The notes beneath the pieces were generated by a model. The model worked only from the letters and a program-made list of their open reading frames with translations. It was not told the DNA's origin and made no database searches. Position numbers and translations under genes: made by a program. Below are positions 1 to 11,497 of a DNA stretch of 64,000 bases, in pieces (within the stretch, counting starts at the first letter, position 1; the number at the start of each line of letters is the position of its first letter). Location: the NCBI GenBank assembly GCA_964252035.1, contig OZ176203.1. The stretch is one strand, 5' to 3'. The stretch is from Podarcis erhardii. Lineage: Eukaryota.

Positions 1-383
1 CCATGTTTCTCCTGCATGCTACTAACAGCTTCCACACAAAAAAGGATAGCATCATTGGTAGGATTAAATCATGGTTTACATAACTTTGCTGCATTTCCTT
101 CCCATGTCCTTTGTTCACTCTGCTGTAACAGCAGATGCTGATATAAAACTGATGGTGAAAAACAATCTTTTGTCAATGCCACCCACTGTAGTGGAAATCT
201 CTAACAAAAGCCTTTTCCTATCACTCATCTCCTTTGTTCCCTTCCGTGTCTAGGAGATATGAATTCTCAGAATCCATTCATGATTTTTCAAAACACTATC
301 CTCTTTAAAACAACAAAAGGTAATAAGTCCCCACATATGCTATTCTTGGCATTGTTAATCTGGTTAATTTGCACATTTATTAC

Positions 384-500
384 CCTTTCCAAAAACTGAA
401 TCACTGCTTCCTTTTTGCCTTCTGCTGTGTTATCCAAGTGTTCAAGCCACAGTTCAAGTTCCTTCCAGGTATACTCAAATACTCCACTGTCGTGCAGAAC
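384..500 (-). CDS. URB1: URB1 coding exon 16 (gene continues beyond left edge)
   Basis: ttaacag|GTTCTG...GAAAGG|gtaata; 117 nt, phase 0-0; VLHDSGVFEYTWKELELWLEHLDNTAEGKKEAVIQFLER matches vertebrate URB1. Confidence 0.95.
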
Positions 501-1149
501 CTGTTAAAAAAACAATTATCATGCAAAGCTTTCAGTTCTATTTTTGTATGTCAGCTCTCATTTTGGCTGTTTGATTTAAAGAAAGAACAGCAGCAGATGG
601 CAGAGTCATTTTTACCTTGACCCCTATTTAAAAACATACCACAATTAATGGAAAAGCAGGTTATTTAAAAGTATATAAGCCTCTTGTGTTGCTCCCTCCT
701 CAACCACTTTCCTTTATCTATGCCGGCACAAAAACCCCATCTTGCAAGAGCCTTCCATTCCAATTCCATAGCATACACCAATAGTGCTCACGTTAATGTT
801 TAAAGCCCATGTAAATAAAATACTGTCTCTATCCCTACTGATCTTCTTGGGTGTGATGATCTGTAGAGGGAGCCCTTTCAGCAGTACTGCCCTGCCCTCA
901 GAAGTGAAAACCTGGGAGTGGGCTTTCTTTAAGGCTGTCCATAAATTCTGGAATTCCCACCCCATAGAGAAGTGTTCAGCATCTTCTAAGGGCAGCTTCT
1001 GCTGTATGCTGGCAACACACCTCATTACACCCTGGCCTTTGACAGCTACAGCATTTTGTTTCATGGGACCCACCTCTTGTGCTGAATTTATACTGTTCTG
1101 TTCCATTTGGAATGATTTCATTTGCTTTGAAATTATGTTTCTTTCCTGT

Positions 1150-1150
1150 T

Positions 1151-1192
<42 letters not shown>
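1150..1192. repeat. (CT)n(CA)n compound microsatellite
   Basis: Visible directly in sequence. Confidence 0.95.
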
Positions 1193-1194
<2 letters not shown>

Positions 1195-2248
1195 TTATAT
1201 TTTTTTCTTATTTCTGAAAAGAGATGGAACTATTAGTCCAGAGAACATTTTGTAAGGATTCCTTTAGGTAAGGATCATTCAAACTTGCTCTCGGGACCCT
1301 GAACGACTCTGCCAAAGGGTAGATCAAACCCTGTCTCTCCTTTATTGTAACGCAGACAGCATGGGGATAGCCTGTCCACGGGTTGCGGTGGAGAGTTTTA
1401 CTGTATGCACCAGCTACCAAATTCAAGCCTATGAAAAGAGGCAGGAACCTGTTTGGGGTGCGTCCTGTTTTTATAATTGTACATTTTATCACTGCAATCC
1501 ATTAGGGTGAAGGGCAGGGAGGAAATTTTGTAACTAAATAAAACACTAGCACTATGAATAATTGAATTATAAACATTTATATGGAAACAATATTATTCAC
1601 CTCAACCTACAAAGAGACCACAGACTTCTCACACACATGAACCCATAGCTTGATGGGGAAACACATTTACGTTTCCCCAGCTCATCCAGCAGCTAGAGCC
1701 ATGTGTGTGTGGCCCTGTAAAAGCTGCAATCACACCAGTCAGCTGTTCAGAAGATGAAGTGAGGGGCTGGATTTTACTGCTAAATCACCCAGTTTAGACT
1801 TCATTTAAAAAAAAACAAAAACCCACTACTGCATTAAAATGAAGGGTGGAGAGCAAAACTAGGGCAACCCCAAGGGGAGTTGTGTAACATTTGGCAGTGC
1901 TTTTTCCTAACAAAAGTGCTCAAGTAACACACTGGAGGTTGCCTTGCAACCACCTGCATGAAGTCTGAACCTCCCCACACAGGTGATTTCATCAAGTATC
2001 AGTCCATTCATAACATCTGAAGGAAAACTTGATTTCCATAAGCAGTATATTTTGTGTCCTTGAAGAGCAGAGTATCAGTATTCACAACCTACAACCAAAT
2101 TCATTGTCATAATACAGACTTGATAACAGAGACTTGAAGAAAGAATAAAAAAGTGAAGTAACTAAACCCATTTCCTGGGAATACAGCAAACAGGCCACAA
2201 GTGGTATATTCTATGGAACAGAGGAGGCTCTAGTCAGCCCTGCAGCTC

Positions 2249-2377
2249 CATTCCACTCACACAACAGACTTATGTGTGTGCAACCAATTTTCCTGTCCCC
2301 TCCAGCTCCCTGCATACCCTAAAAATCAACTCTGAAAGATTGGGGGGGTGTGACAGTTCTGTTGTGTGAGTGGAATG
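2249..2377. repeat. Fold-back element with perfect 20-bp inverted repeat, probable MITE relic
   Basis: CATTCCACTCACACAACAGA (2249-2268) is the exact reverse complement of 2358-2377. Confidence 0.75.
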
Positions 2378-2460
2378 CCATTCATGCAATGTTGGATACA
2401 ATCCAGGGTGCGAATACAGTGTTCGTGCTTATTACTAACCCTAAATCCAACTTTCTAAAG

Positions 2461-2598
2461 CAGGCTTCCTCAAACTCGGCCCTCCAGATGTTTTGAGACT
2501 ACAATTCTCATCATCCCTGACCACTGAGGTCCTGCTAGCTAGGGGTCATGGGAGTTGTAGGCCAAAAACATCTGGAGGGCCAAGACTGAGGAAACCTG
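2461..2598. mobile_element. hAT-type MITE (URR1-like), complete
   Basis: TIRs CAGGCTTCCTCA / TGAGGAAACCTG; 8-bp TSD TTCTAAAG at 2453-2460 and 2599-2606; internally palindromic. Confidence 0.85.
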
Positions 2599-2676
2599 TT
2601 CTAAAGTGTCTTCACTGTGAACAACTTTTCTGTGGGCACAACAAAATTTTGAAAACTAGATTTTAAAAAAGCTCAC

Positions 2677-2790
2677 CTTAATAATCAATTTCTTTGTTGA
2701 GGTTTTGAGGTGCAAATGATTGCTTGTTACGAACATTTTCATCAGCAAATAAAATACTGATCTTTCGCCAGAGACCTTCTCGACTTCATC
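2677..2790 (-). CDS. URB1: URB1 coding exon 15
   Basis: cctag|GATGAA...ATTAAG|gtgagc; 114 nt; DEVEKVSGERSVFYLLMKMFVTSNHLHLKTSTKKLIIK. Confidence 0.95.
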
Positions 2791-3832
2791 CTAGGAGGAC
2801 ACACTTTATTGATTACAATTCATAAAATTGTTTTAGGTTCTCTCCACAGAGACTGATGCCTATAACCCTGTTACTGACAACTTGTACCAAGTGCCAACTC
2901 TGCTTTCATAGAGCTTGGGGGTCAAGGTTGAACAATTCAGAGTTCCCCACTTCCCTTGAACACAAAAAGCGAAGTATATCTTGTTGGTCCATAAGAAAAA
3001 TTAAACATCCACAGTTAAGCAATACCTTTATAGGACCAACCATAGTGCCACAAAATAGTAGCCAAGTTTTTAAGTTCTATCAGGCTGGATGTTAAGTCTA
3101 ACGTTAAGAGACATGGGGGAGAGGAAGGAAAGAAAATTCTCTTGATGTTCAAGCCACAAATCCTGCATTTGTTTTTGTAGACCCTGGAAGCTCCAATAAA
3201 TAAAGAAATAAATTCATTAAAAAGAAGAGTTCAGTCATATGTTGTGTTCATATGTAATGGTAAGCCAGATTTTATGGCTTACATGGTTCATCAGGGTAAG
3301 TGGTGTGCTGGTGACACGCATAGCCCAGTTGCATCCACTTTGCTCCTTTCCTGATGTGAGAAAGCCTTGACTTCTCATTACATCCAAGCTGGATGTGCCC
3401 TGACATAACCTGAAGCTACAACTGCTGATTTGTGACCTGTAATGGAGCAAGAGACCACAATCCTTGGTTTGGATTGTAAAAGGATGCTAAGCCCTGCTGG
3501 TTTGTTCATCTAGCTTGCACCAGGGGAGCAGCAGCAAATTGGGAGAGATCAGGTGGTATGTACCGGCATGTTTCTCATTCCTAATAAACCACAATAAGCC
3601 AGAAAGTCTTACTTATCATTATGTGCAAACATGGCCGTTGTCTTAAAACGTAGGTGGGGCTAGGTGCTATAAAGCTTTCAAGCCACACCTAGGATTGCTA
3701 CACCAGTAACAGCTAAGCCTCCATTTCTGAAAATATAATCATAATTTTGAAAGCTACACAGCACCTAGGAGAAGCTAATGCTATTACCTCTGCAGTCTTT
3801 ACCTACATTATATGATTAAATGCAGACTTTGT

Positions 3833-4173
3833 GGGACGCGGGTGACGCTGTGGGTTAAACCACAGAGCCTAGGACTTTCCAATCAGAAGGTTGGCGGTTC
3901 GAATCCCCGTGACAGGGTGAGCTCCCGTTGCTCAGTCCCTGCTCCTGCCAACCTAGCAGTTTGAAAGCACGTCAAAGTGCAAGTAGATAAATAGGTACCG
4001 CTCTGACGGGAAGGTAAACGGTGTTTCCATGCGCTGCTGTGGTTCGCCAGAAGCGGCTTAGTCATGCTGGCCACATGACCTGGAAGCTGTACGCTGGCTC
4101 CGTCAGCCAATAAAGCGAGATGAGCGCCGCAACCCCAGAGTCGGTCACAACTGGACCCTTTACCTATACCTAT
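3833..4173 (+). mobile_element. Sauria SINE
   Basis: tRNA-like head with A box and B box GGTTCGAATCC; body shared with three other copies in the window; TACCT-type tail; short deletion near 3' end. Confidence 0.92.
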
Positions 4174-4525
4174 GAATATATGTATTATAACAATATATAC
4201 CTTTACCTATGAATATATATATTATAATAATAGTGATTCCTATCAGCCACCAGTGTGGCAAATGGCCAGGGATGTTGGGACTTGTAGTCCAGCAATATCT
4301 GGAGGACCAAAGGTTCTCCATCCCTGCCCTACAGGATGGTCAAAGCTTTATTGCTGCCTCTGAGAACATCACTACTTGTATAATGTGAATATAATTGCTC
4401 ACAACACACAGGTCTCTTGACGAAATGGAATTTATGACTGCCTTACAGACAAAACAGATTAGGAAACCAATGAGTAAGACAGCTGGTCTTAATATAGGAG
4501 ACAAAAATAACCCTCATGTTCCGAC

Positions 4526-4638
4526 CTGCATTTTGAACCAGGAAAACTTGTTTGCAGGCAATTCTAGAGCCACCTTGATAATGTGATATTGTAGAACAGG
4601 AGGGATCTCCTGCCGCAGTCCTTTTTCAGTAATAATGC
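4526..4638 (-). CDS. URB1: URB1 coding exon 14
   Basis: cacag|GCATT...ATGCAG|gtcgga; 113 nt, phase 1-0; GIITEKGLRQEIPPVLQYHIIKVALELPANKFSWFKMQ. Confidence 0.93.
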
Positions 4639-4953
4639 CTGTGGTTGGAAAATAACAATATTTTATTCCATGCATTATATTTCCAGAGCTTACATGATTT
4701 CGATAAAACATTAAATTACAGAGGAAAAAACTAACTAAAACAACAAAAAGGAACATAATAGATCAAGGAGTATAAAATGTTTAAGCACTGCAATACACAA
4801 CAAATATTTAAAACCCTGGGGAAAATAAAGAGGTCTAACAGCAAAATGTTATGTTAGGGCTATAGCTCAGTGGCAGAGCTTTGCATGCATACATATCATA
4901 CAAATGATTTTCAATGTGTGCCTTACTTCAAAATTTGAAGACTCTTAAATTAC

Positions 4954-5076
4954 CTTTTATTAATTTGCTAAAGTCAAAGTTGCTCTGGGCTACTAAATGG
5001 GGAACAGCTTGCTGATAAAGGCAGATCACGTGGAGTAAGACAGCTTTCAAAAGAGTGGTCTCTGCATCATCTGAGC
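4954..5076 (-). CDS. URB1: URB1 coding exon 13
   Basis: tctag|GCTCA...AAAAG|gtaatt; 123 nt, phase 1-1; GSDDAETTLLKAVLLHVICLYQQAVPHLVAQSNFDFSKLIK. Confidence 0.95.
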
Positions 5077-5857
5077 CTAGAGTAGATATATTAGCATATT
5101 TTTAAATAGTATTACTAGCAAAGACATAATACAATTCTGTGAAATAGCAGTCAGGATCAAGGGTGATTTAAGAAGTCACCAAGTTAAACCATAATCATGG
5201 AGTTAGGTTTATGCATTTAACAGTCTAAGCCCAGCTCCCTTGCTTTGGTGCTTGGAACTGTCCCTGCCCCTTGTGCTTGTGCATCAACCACCACAAACAC
5301 TGTTGCGTTAGTATTGGCTAACAAAACCCTACATAGTTAAGTACTAATGCACTGAGGGTAGGGGTGGGTGGATATGGCAGTCACAGTCAGAGCTACGAAG
5401 AAATTATCATTCTCATCCCTTCTGTGATAGGAAAGAACTGCAGAATAGAGGGGGAGTGGCCATGGCGAAAAGGAAAATCCAGACAACTCCTCTTGCCCCA
5501 TTGCAAGCCTTTGTTTATGCAGCAAGAGCTTAAGTTGTGCACAGGATAGGAGTGTCACTTAGCTCTGGAAACCATTTCGGCAGAAATGATAACACTGAAT
5601 TTTGCATCCAATCTGACACTTGCGGAGTCTGCATAGGCTGCACTGTGACTACCCCAGGATAACTCAAGACGTTTCTTGAAAACAGGAGCTCAGATTCTTA
5701 GAATAATGTTAGATGCCTCTAAAAGCATCTCTCCTATACGAGGTCATTAACAGGGGTTGTCAAAGAACAGAACAGAGCCATTGTGACTCATCAGATATGA
5801 ATCATTGTGCTCCACTGTTCACACGCACATTAGATAAGATGACTAAGGTTTTCCTAC

Positions 5858-6002
5858 CATGCTCTCCATTTGTTTCTTTGCCTGCTGTTATTTCCTCCGA
5901 AACAGAAGCATCTTCACCACTCCCTTTCTGTCCATCTTGTCCCTTCTCTTGCTTTAGAAGCGACTGCCAGACTGCTACTATGGTAGTCATATCTGGCAAG
6001 AG
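5858..6002 (-). CDS. URB1: URB1 coding exon 12
   Basis: tctag|CTCTTG...CATG|gtagga; 145 nt, phase 0-1; LLPDMTTIVAVWQSLLKQEKGQDGQK... Confidence 0.92.
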
Positions 6003-7142
6003 CTAGATTTGTTAAAAAGACCACCAACATTAGCCACTAAATATTGTTATAGAATTGTCTTGTCACTGCAACATGTTTATAGATAATTATTTACAGAGCA
6101 GGAATGGAGGAGAAAAGGGGAAAGAACACCCTATGCAAATTCATACAAAAATTTACCAGTCATTGGTTTTTTGAGAAAGTCTGAATTACAAGATGAGAAG
6201 TATTTTAAAACTGAGAAATAGTTTTTGTTGTGCAACTGCTAATTAAGCCCACTGATGACTGTTCACTTCAGTTGGTCAGAACTAGGCTCAAGTGAAATGG
6301 CCTACAGTTTTTTATACTAATTATCACACCAATTATATAGCAGGTCCAAATACATGCATATCACTATGGTCAGTGTGAAAAAGCAAGACAATGGTATAGG
6401 TTAACCACAGTATATGGTTTGGATGACATGCTGAACTGCACGTAATCTAAAAACTGAAGCAGAGGTTTCCAATATCCCCCTCCTGGCTGCATTAGAGAAG
6501 GAAAGAGGAGGATACAAGCCCAAGAGGAGGATCGACTTATTCTCAGTTTTGCATTATGTCCCAACATAGCCAATGAGATGCCTCAGCTGTGAGAATCGGA
6601 AAACTATTACCTTAGCTCAACTATTACCTTAGTACAAATTGACTGTCAGTCTACAACTGTTGCCCCTTATCTTCAATATCTACTGAAATGATAGGGGGCT
6701 GATATTCCCCAAACCTGGCACCCAGTTATGTGTTCTTCCCAGTCAGGTTTCCACATTCAGAATTCCAGAGTTATTGAAACTCTATTTTACCATCTCTACT
6801 AACTGGCTGAACATATCTTGCTATTCTAAGCACCATGACTTAAAAATTGCAACTAGTACCTCACAAAGAAATTATTTCAATAAAAGCATATAAGAAGTTT
6901 AAAACATTAGTATCCCATTATTCAGCAATTAAGCATTAATTAAGAAAGTCTTAAAGCATCAAGAAATAGTTAGCATATAAATTATAAGAGGGAGAAGACG
7001 TTAAGAATCCATTAGAAATATCTCTGGATATTTTTCACCTTAGCTGTCAGGATACAGAAAGTGGAGGAAGAAATCCTGAATGGACGTACTTTCTGCTGCA
7101 CAAAACTGCAATTATGCACCACACAGTTTTATTAATTTTTAC

Positions 7143-7316
7143 CTTGCCAAGCGCTTCTCTGTATTGCTGGACAAATTCTTGCATCATAGATGGTGTATAG
7201 ATTTCGGACTTCTCCCATAACGTCTCATTTAGACAGTACTCAATGTTTTTCAGTGCTCTTTTCAAAACAGTTGATATAAGCGAAAAGATTGTATGTTTTA
7301 CTGTTTTATTGGCTAT
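7143..7316 (-). CDS. URB1: URB1 coding exon 11
   Basis: tttag|ATAGCC...GGCAAG|gtaaaa; 174 nt; IANKTVKHTIFSLISTVLKRALKNIEYCLNETLWEKSEIYTPSMMQEFVQQYREALGK. Confidence 0.95.
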
Positions 7317-7867
7317 CTAAAAGAAAAGAGGAACAAACTGTTACTGTGCTTCTGCTTCACCTTTCCAGGAACTGCTGATGTGACCCACTGGTGGCATCAC
7401 TTTCAATTGCCAGGATGCGGCCAGGAAGCATCAATGTTCCATGTAAGGAGAATGCCTCTCCATGCCTGAACTTTCGCAGGAACTGAGGCAAATAGCAGTG
7501 ACAAGAGCTACCCCCACCCTTAGTGGAAACAAGACACATTTTTCTACCTTTGCCTTTAACCTGCACAGCTCCACATCAATTATCACATAGCTTCTGCATA
7601 GTCAGACTCACTACTTTGCAGGAAGAGAGGGATAAAGGGCCAGACAGAGCACAAGTAAGTCCCACTGGGTTCAGTGAGACTTACCCTCAAGTAGGCGTGC
7701 ACAGAATGAAAGCCAACTGCAGCCCTGTAAAGTGAAGAGCAAACCAAGCAGCAGCTCTTGCCCCAAGGAAGCAGGCAGACTGGAAAGGGTCAAAGCGTTA
7801 TGTGGCCAGACAGAGTTTAATACATTCTGGGTACTTTGGACTGGAAAGGTTCTCCCTGCAAGATCTT

Positions 7868-7868
<1 letters not shown>

Positions 7869-7915
<47 letters not shown>

Positions 7916-8218
7916 ATATATTATTATTTATACCCCGCCCATCTGGCTGGGTTTCCCCAGCCACTCTGGGCGGCTTCCAACAAAACACTAAAATACAATA
8001 ACCTATTAAACATTAAAAGCTTCCCTAAACAGGGCTGCCTTCAGATGGCTTCTAAAAGTTTGATAGTTATTTTTCTCTTTGACATCTGGTGGGAGGGCGT
8101 TCCATAGGGGGGGCGCCACTACCGAGAAGGCCCTCTGCCTGGTTCCCTGTAACTTGGCTTCTCGCAGTGAGGAAATCGCCAGAAGGCCCTCGGCGCTGGA
8201 CTTCAGTGTCCGGGCAGA
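7869..8218 (-). mobile_element. L2 LINE 3' fragment with (TAG)15 tail
   Basis: Near-identical to 25431-25770; encodes the end of L2 ORF2 and has the GGGCGGGGTATAAAT 3' end. Confidence 0.88.
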
Positions 8219-8290
8219 ATAATAATAAAATTTTATTTATATCCCACCCTCCCCAGCCAAAGCCGGGCTCAGAGCAACTAACAACATTTA
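8219..8290 (-). mobile_element. Short 3' end of a second L2-like family
   Basis: Matches 20717-20790 (TTTATATCCC.CCCTCCCCAGCC.AAGCCGGGCTCAGAGC..CTAACAAC). Confidence 0.7.
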
Positions 8291-9206
8291 CTGAAGAGGA
8301 GAGATTGGAAGGAGAGATTGGAAGGTTAACAAAAGGTGCAATAGCTCAACTTGGTGCCCTCCAGGTGTTTCAAACTATAGTTCCCATTATCCCTGATCAC
8401 TGGCCATGCTGGCTGGGGGTTGATGGGAACTGTAGTCAAAAACATCTGAAGGACCCCAGATGTTTTAAGCACTGGAGAATGATCAAATAATATTGTAAAG
8501 TGGGGTTGCCACACACTGCTACGAGACACTGAAAAATCATGATTTACTTCAATTATTTCACATATTTAGGCCACGGTATCAAATGAGCTATGCTAAGTTT
8601 ACTGGCCTTGTACCAAGAACTGTTTCCCTTCGATGGATTCCATGTTGCTACAGTAATGTTTGAGAGGTAGAATCTACTTGGGTTGCCAATGACATTCAAT
8701 TTTTTACTATTTGCGCCAACATCTTTGCCATCCAGACAAGGTGGCAGCATCAGGACAGACCTTTGAGACAAAATAAGGCTCACATGCTTCCCCTCCTCTT
8801 GTACAGCCATGAGGAGAAGAGGGTTGGAAGCTTCCACTTTAATTTTTCATTAACCACAATTTAGGGTTCAGTTGTAATACTAGAATTAACGAGCATAATG
8901 AGCCAGATTCATAAACCACAGACTGAAGTTGCCCTTGTTTTAGTAAACTACAGTTAAGTTTACTAACATAGTCTGTCTGAATGCAGATCCAATGCAAAGG
9001 TGTGGTTTGTCAAAATCAAAGCAAAATCTTCCTCACAAGCCCAAGGCTTGCACAGGCTCACTCCTATAACATGAAAATTCAGCCACTGAGTTCTTGCAAC
9101 TGTTGGAACATTCCATGGAAGATAAGCTTTAATAAGGAAAGTGCCAGCAAAATTGCTTAGTGGAACCAAAAACCTCCCCATCCGGATTATAAAGAGAAGT
9201 TCTTAC

Positions 9207-9344
9207 ATTTAATCCTTGGGTAAACATGACTTTGTTGCAGACAGCTGGAATGGTTGTTACCATCACCATTGAAAGCAATCTTGGAAAAGGAACAAACTCT
9301 GTTGTTTTAAAAGCAGTAGAAATCTCTGGTTGAGCCTCATAGAT
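9207..9344 (-). CDS. URB1: URB1 coding exon 10
   Basis: ttcag|ATCTAT...TTAAAT|gtaaga; 138 nt; IYEAQPEISTAFKTTEFVPFPRLLSMVMVTTIPAVCNKVMFTQGLN. Confidence 0.96.
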
Positions 9345-9441
9345 CTGAAATTTTTATAGAAAATACACATTGTTAAGACAGTGCTAATGAGGCCATGGCC
9401 CCTAAAGCCAATTCAGCTGAACATGTACAAAAGTTATTATA

Positions 9442-9725
9442 CAGTAGTGCCTCGCAAGACGAAATTAATTCATTCCACGAGTCTCTTCGTCTTGCGGTTT
9501 TTTCGTCTTGCAAAGCACCCCTACTAGCGGCTTAGCGGCTTAGCAGCTATTAGCGGCTTAGAAAAGGGGGGGAGGGGAAAAACTCGCAAGACTTGCAAGA
9601 CGTTTTCGTCTTGCGAAGCAAGCCCATAGGGAAATTCGTCTTGCGAAGCGCCTCGAAAAACGGAAAACTCTTTCGTCTAGCAAGTTTTTCGTCTTGCGAG
9701 GCATTCGTCTTGCGGGGCACCACTG
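9442..9725. mobile_element. Tc1/mariner (Tigger/pogo-like) MITE
   Basis: TA target duplication; 22-bp TIR CAGT(A/G)GTGCC(T/C)CGCAAGACGAA; internal reiterated TTCGTCTTGC subterminal motifs; CpG-rich, so probably young. Confidence 0.88.
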
Positions 9726-11497
9726 TATTATAAAACAGTCTGAAATGCCTAATTCCTTATGAAAAGAAAGGTGTTTGGAGATAAACCCAACTGGTGTCCA
9801 TCAACTGTTTATTTGATAAAGCATAGCTTTCCACCAGCAGAAGAGGGATTTAGGAGAACTTCAGCAGTTTCCTGCTGTAGCCACCTCAAAACAAAAATTC
9901 GTGGAGGGTAAGGATATCAATGGCTACTAGTCATGATGGCTGTGCATCACCTTCAGTAACAGAGGCAGCAAGTCGCTGAGTATCAGTTGCTGAGAATCCT
10001 AAATAGAGACGGTGATATTGCGCACGGTCGCTCTCTCCCGGCAAGAGTTTAGTTTCCATAGCTTATCTATTGTTGTCAATATTAATTTTTCCTGTTTAAG
10101 ACACTTTATCAGGATGTTGCTGAGTAACAGAAAAGCTATTCATAAGCGTTCTAATCAAATAAAAAATAATTTGCCATCTAATTTCTCCATCACTGATCTC
10201 ATTCTTAGTTAATATATTCTATTACTTTCAAAAACATTTTTTCCCATTCACTAGGAATAAAGGATATGTATTAATCTCTCTCTAATGCATTTTAGTAAGA
10301 AGTTTTTAAAACCCCTCGCCACATTTTCTATAAATAACTAGGAAGAGCTAAGTCAACTCACACCAGCTAAATGATCTTTAGCTTGAAGGATGGCCAATAT
10401 CTTCTTGGCAACTTATAGCTCAGGGTCCCTGGTACAGAACTCAGTAAGCACAGAGGAAGATAATAATATATTGGCTCCTATTTAATCACCCGTTTTGAGT
10501 TGATAATGTACTCTTTCTAAAGAGCAGATAACAGCAATTATGCCCAGAAAAAAGGTAGGAGAACAAACTTAGCCCACATATTACCATCTTGCCTCCTGTT
10601 TATTGTCAGAGCTGTATACATGCCATAAGTGTTGCAGAAGCATAGAATGTGGTACCAAGTCCAAAATTCAGTATCCTGGGAATCTAGGCTTATAACCACT
10701 CTGCCTTATAACTGTATTGAAGGTGTAAAGGCAATGCCTGGCAAAGTTCTAGATGTCAGTAGGTGTGAGCTGGTATTCCCATTTCTATCCCAGGGAGTAG
10801 AAATGGAGCTTCCTTATATCTTCTTTCATCTTCCTCAACTGGCAGAACAAACATTTTAAAACCATTAGGAAATATATGCAGCAATGGACCCCAATATTAA
10901 TTTGCATATTTGAATCAAATATGATTTTGCATGATTGGTACAGATTCCATTGCACAAAGTACCATTGAATGTTGATTCTGCACAGATGGCACAAAATGGC
11001 GGCCAGTTATGATCAGATGTGGTTAATTCCTGTGCAAAAACATTTCCAAACTCAGGACTTGTTCATATGTTACAACGGCAAAATATCAACCTAGTAAAAT
11101 CTTAGGCTTTCTGTATCATGCTCTTATTAAGTAATATCATTTCAACTGTGTGACTACAGTATGTTCCTAGCATTCTTTTCAAGGACAGATCTGGAGGGCA
11201 GATAATAGAGAGGTATTATGTTCAGATAAATATAGTAAAGATAGACATTATTTACTCACATGGTGAGGTGTGGGAGAAGAGCAACCCAACCCAAAGGTCT
11301 AACTCTGTTGGGATTTCTCCACAATAAGAAATGCATGAACAGGCCCTTAACCAAAATGAGTCTCTTTGCTACTCCCCCATCAAATATAACTACAGGGGGG
11401 GGGGGAATAAAGATGTTTACTGTGATCCTAACACAGCAAAAAAGTTGGTAAATGTTATTTTCATTTACAAAGGGTATACTTTTCATAAAATTCTTAC

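Noticed and set aside
1-383. URB1 exon 17
   Set aside because: No segment matching the expected next URB1 peptide with splice signals; it presumably lies beyond the left edge.
4858-4895. tRNA gene (also 13172 and the Sauria SINE heads)
   Set aside because: A/B boxes are present but no cloverleaf or anticodon arm can be completed; these are SINE heads.
7671-8107. ORFs with poly-Leu, poly-Ser or poly-Val tracts (also poly-Ile/Leu at 25350-25618)
   Set aside because: Translations of the (TAG)n and (TAA)n L2 tails, not genes.
10004-10045. Small CpG-rich hairpin-like cluster
   Set aside because: Falls at the end of a CR1-like fragment; the repeat explains it.
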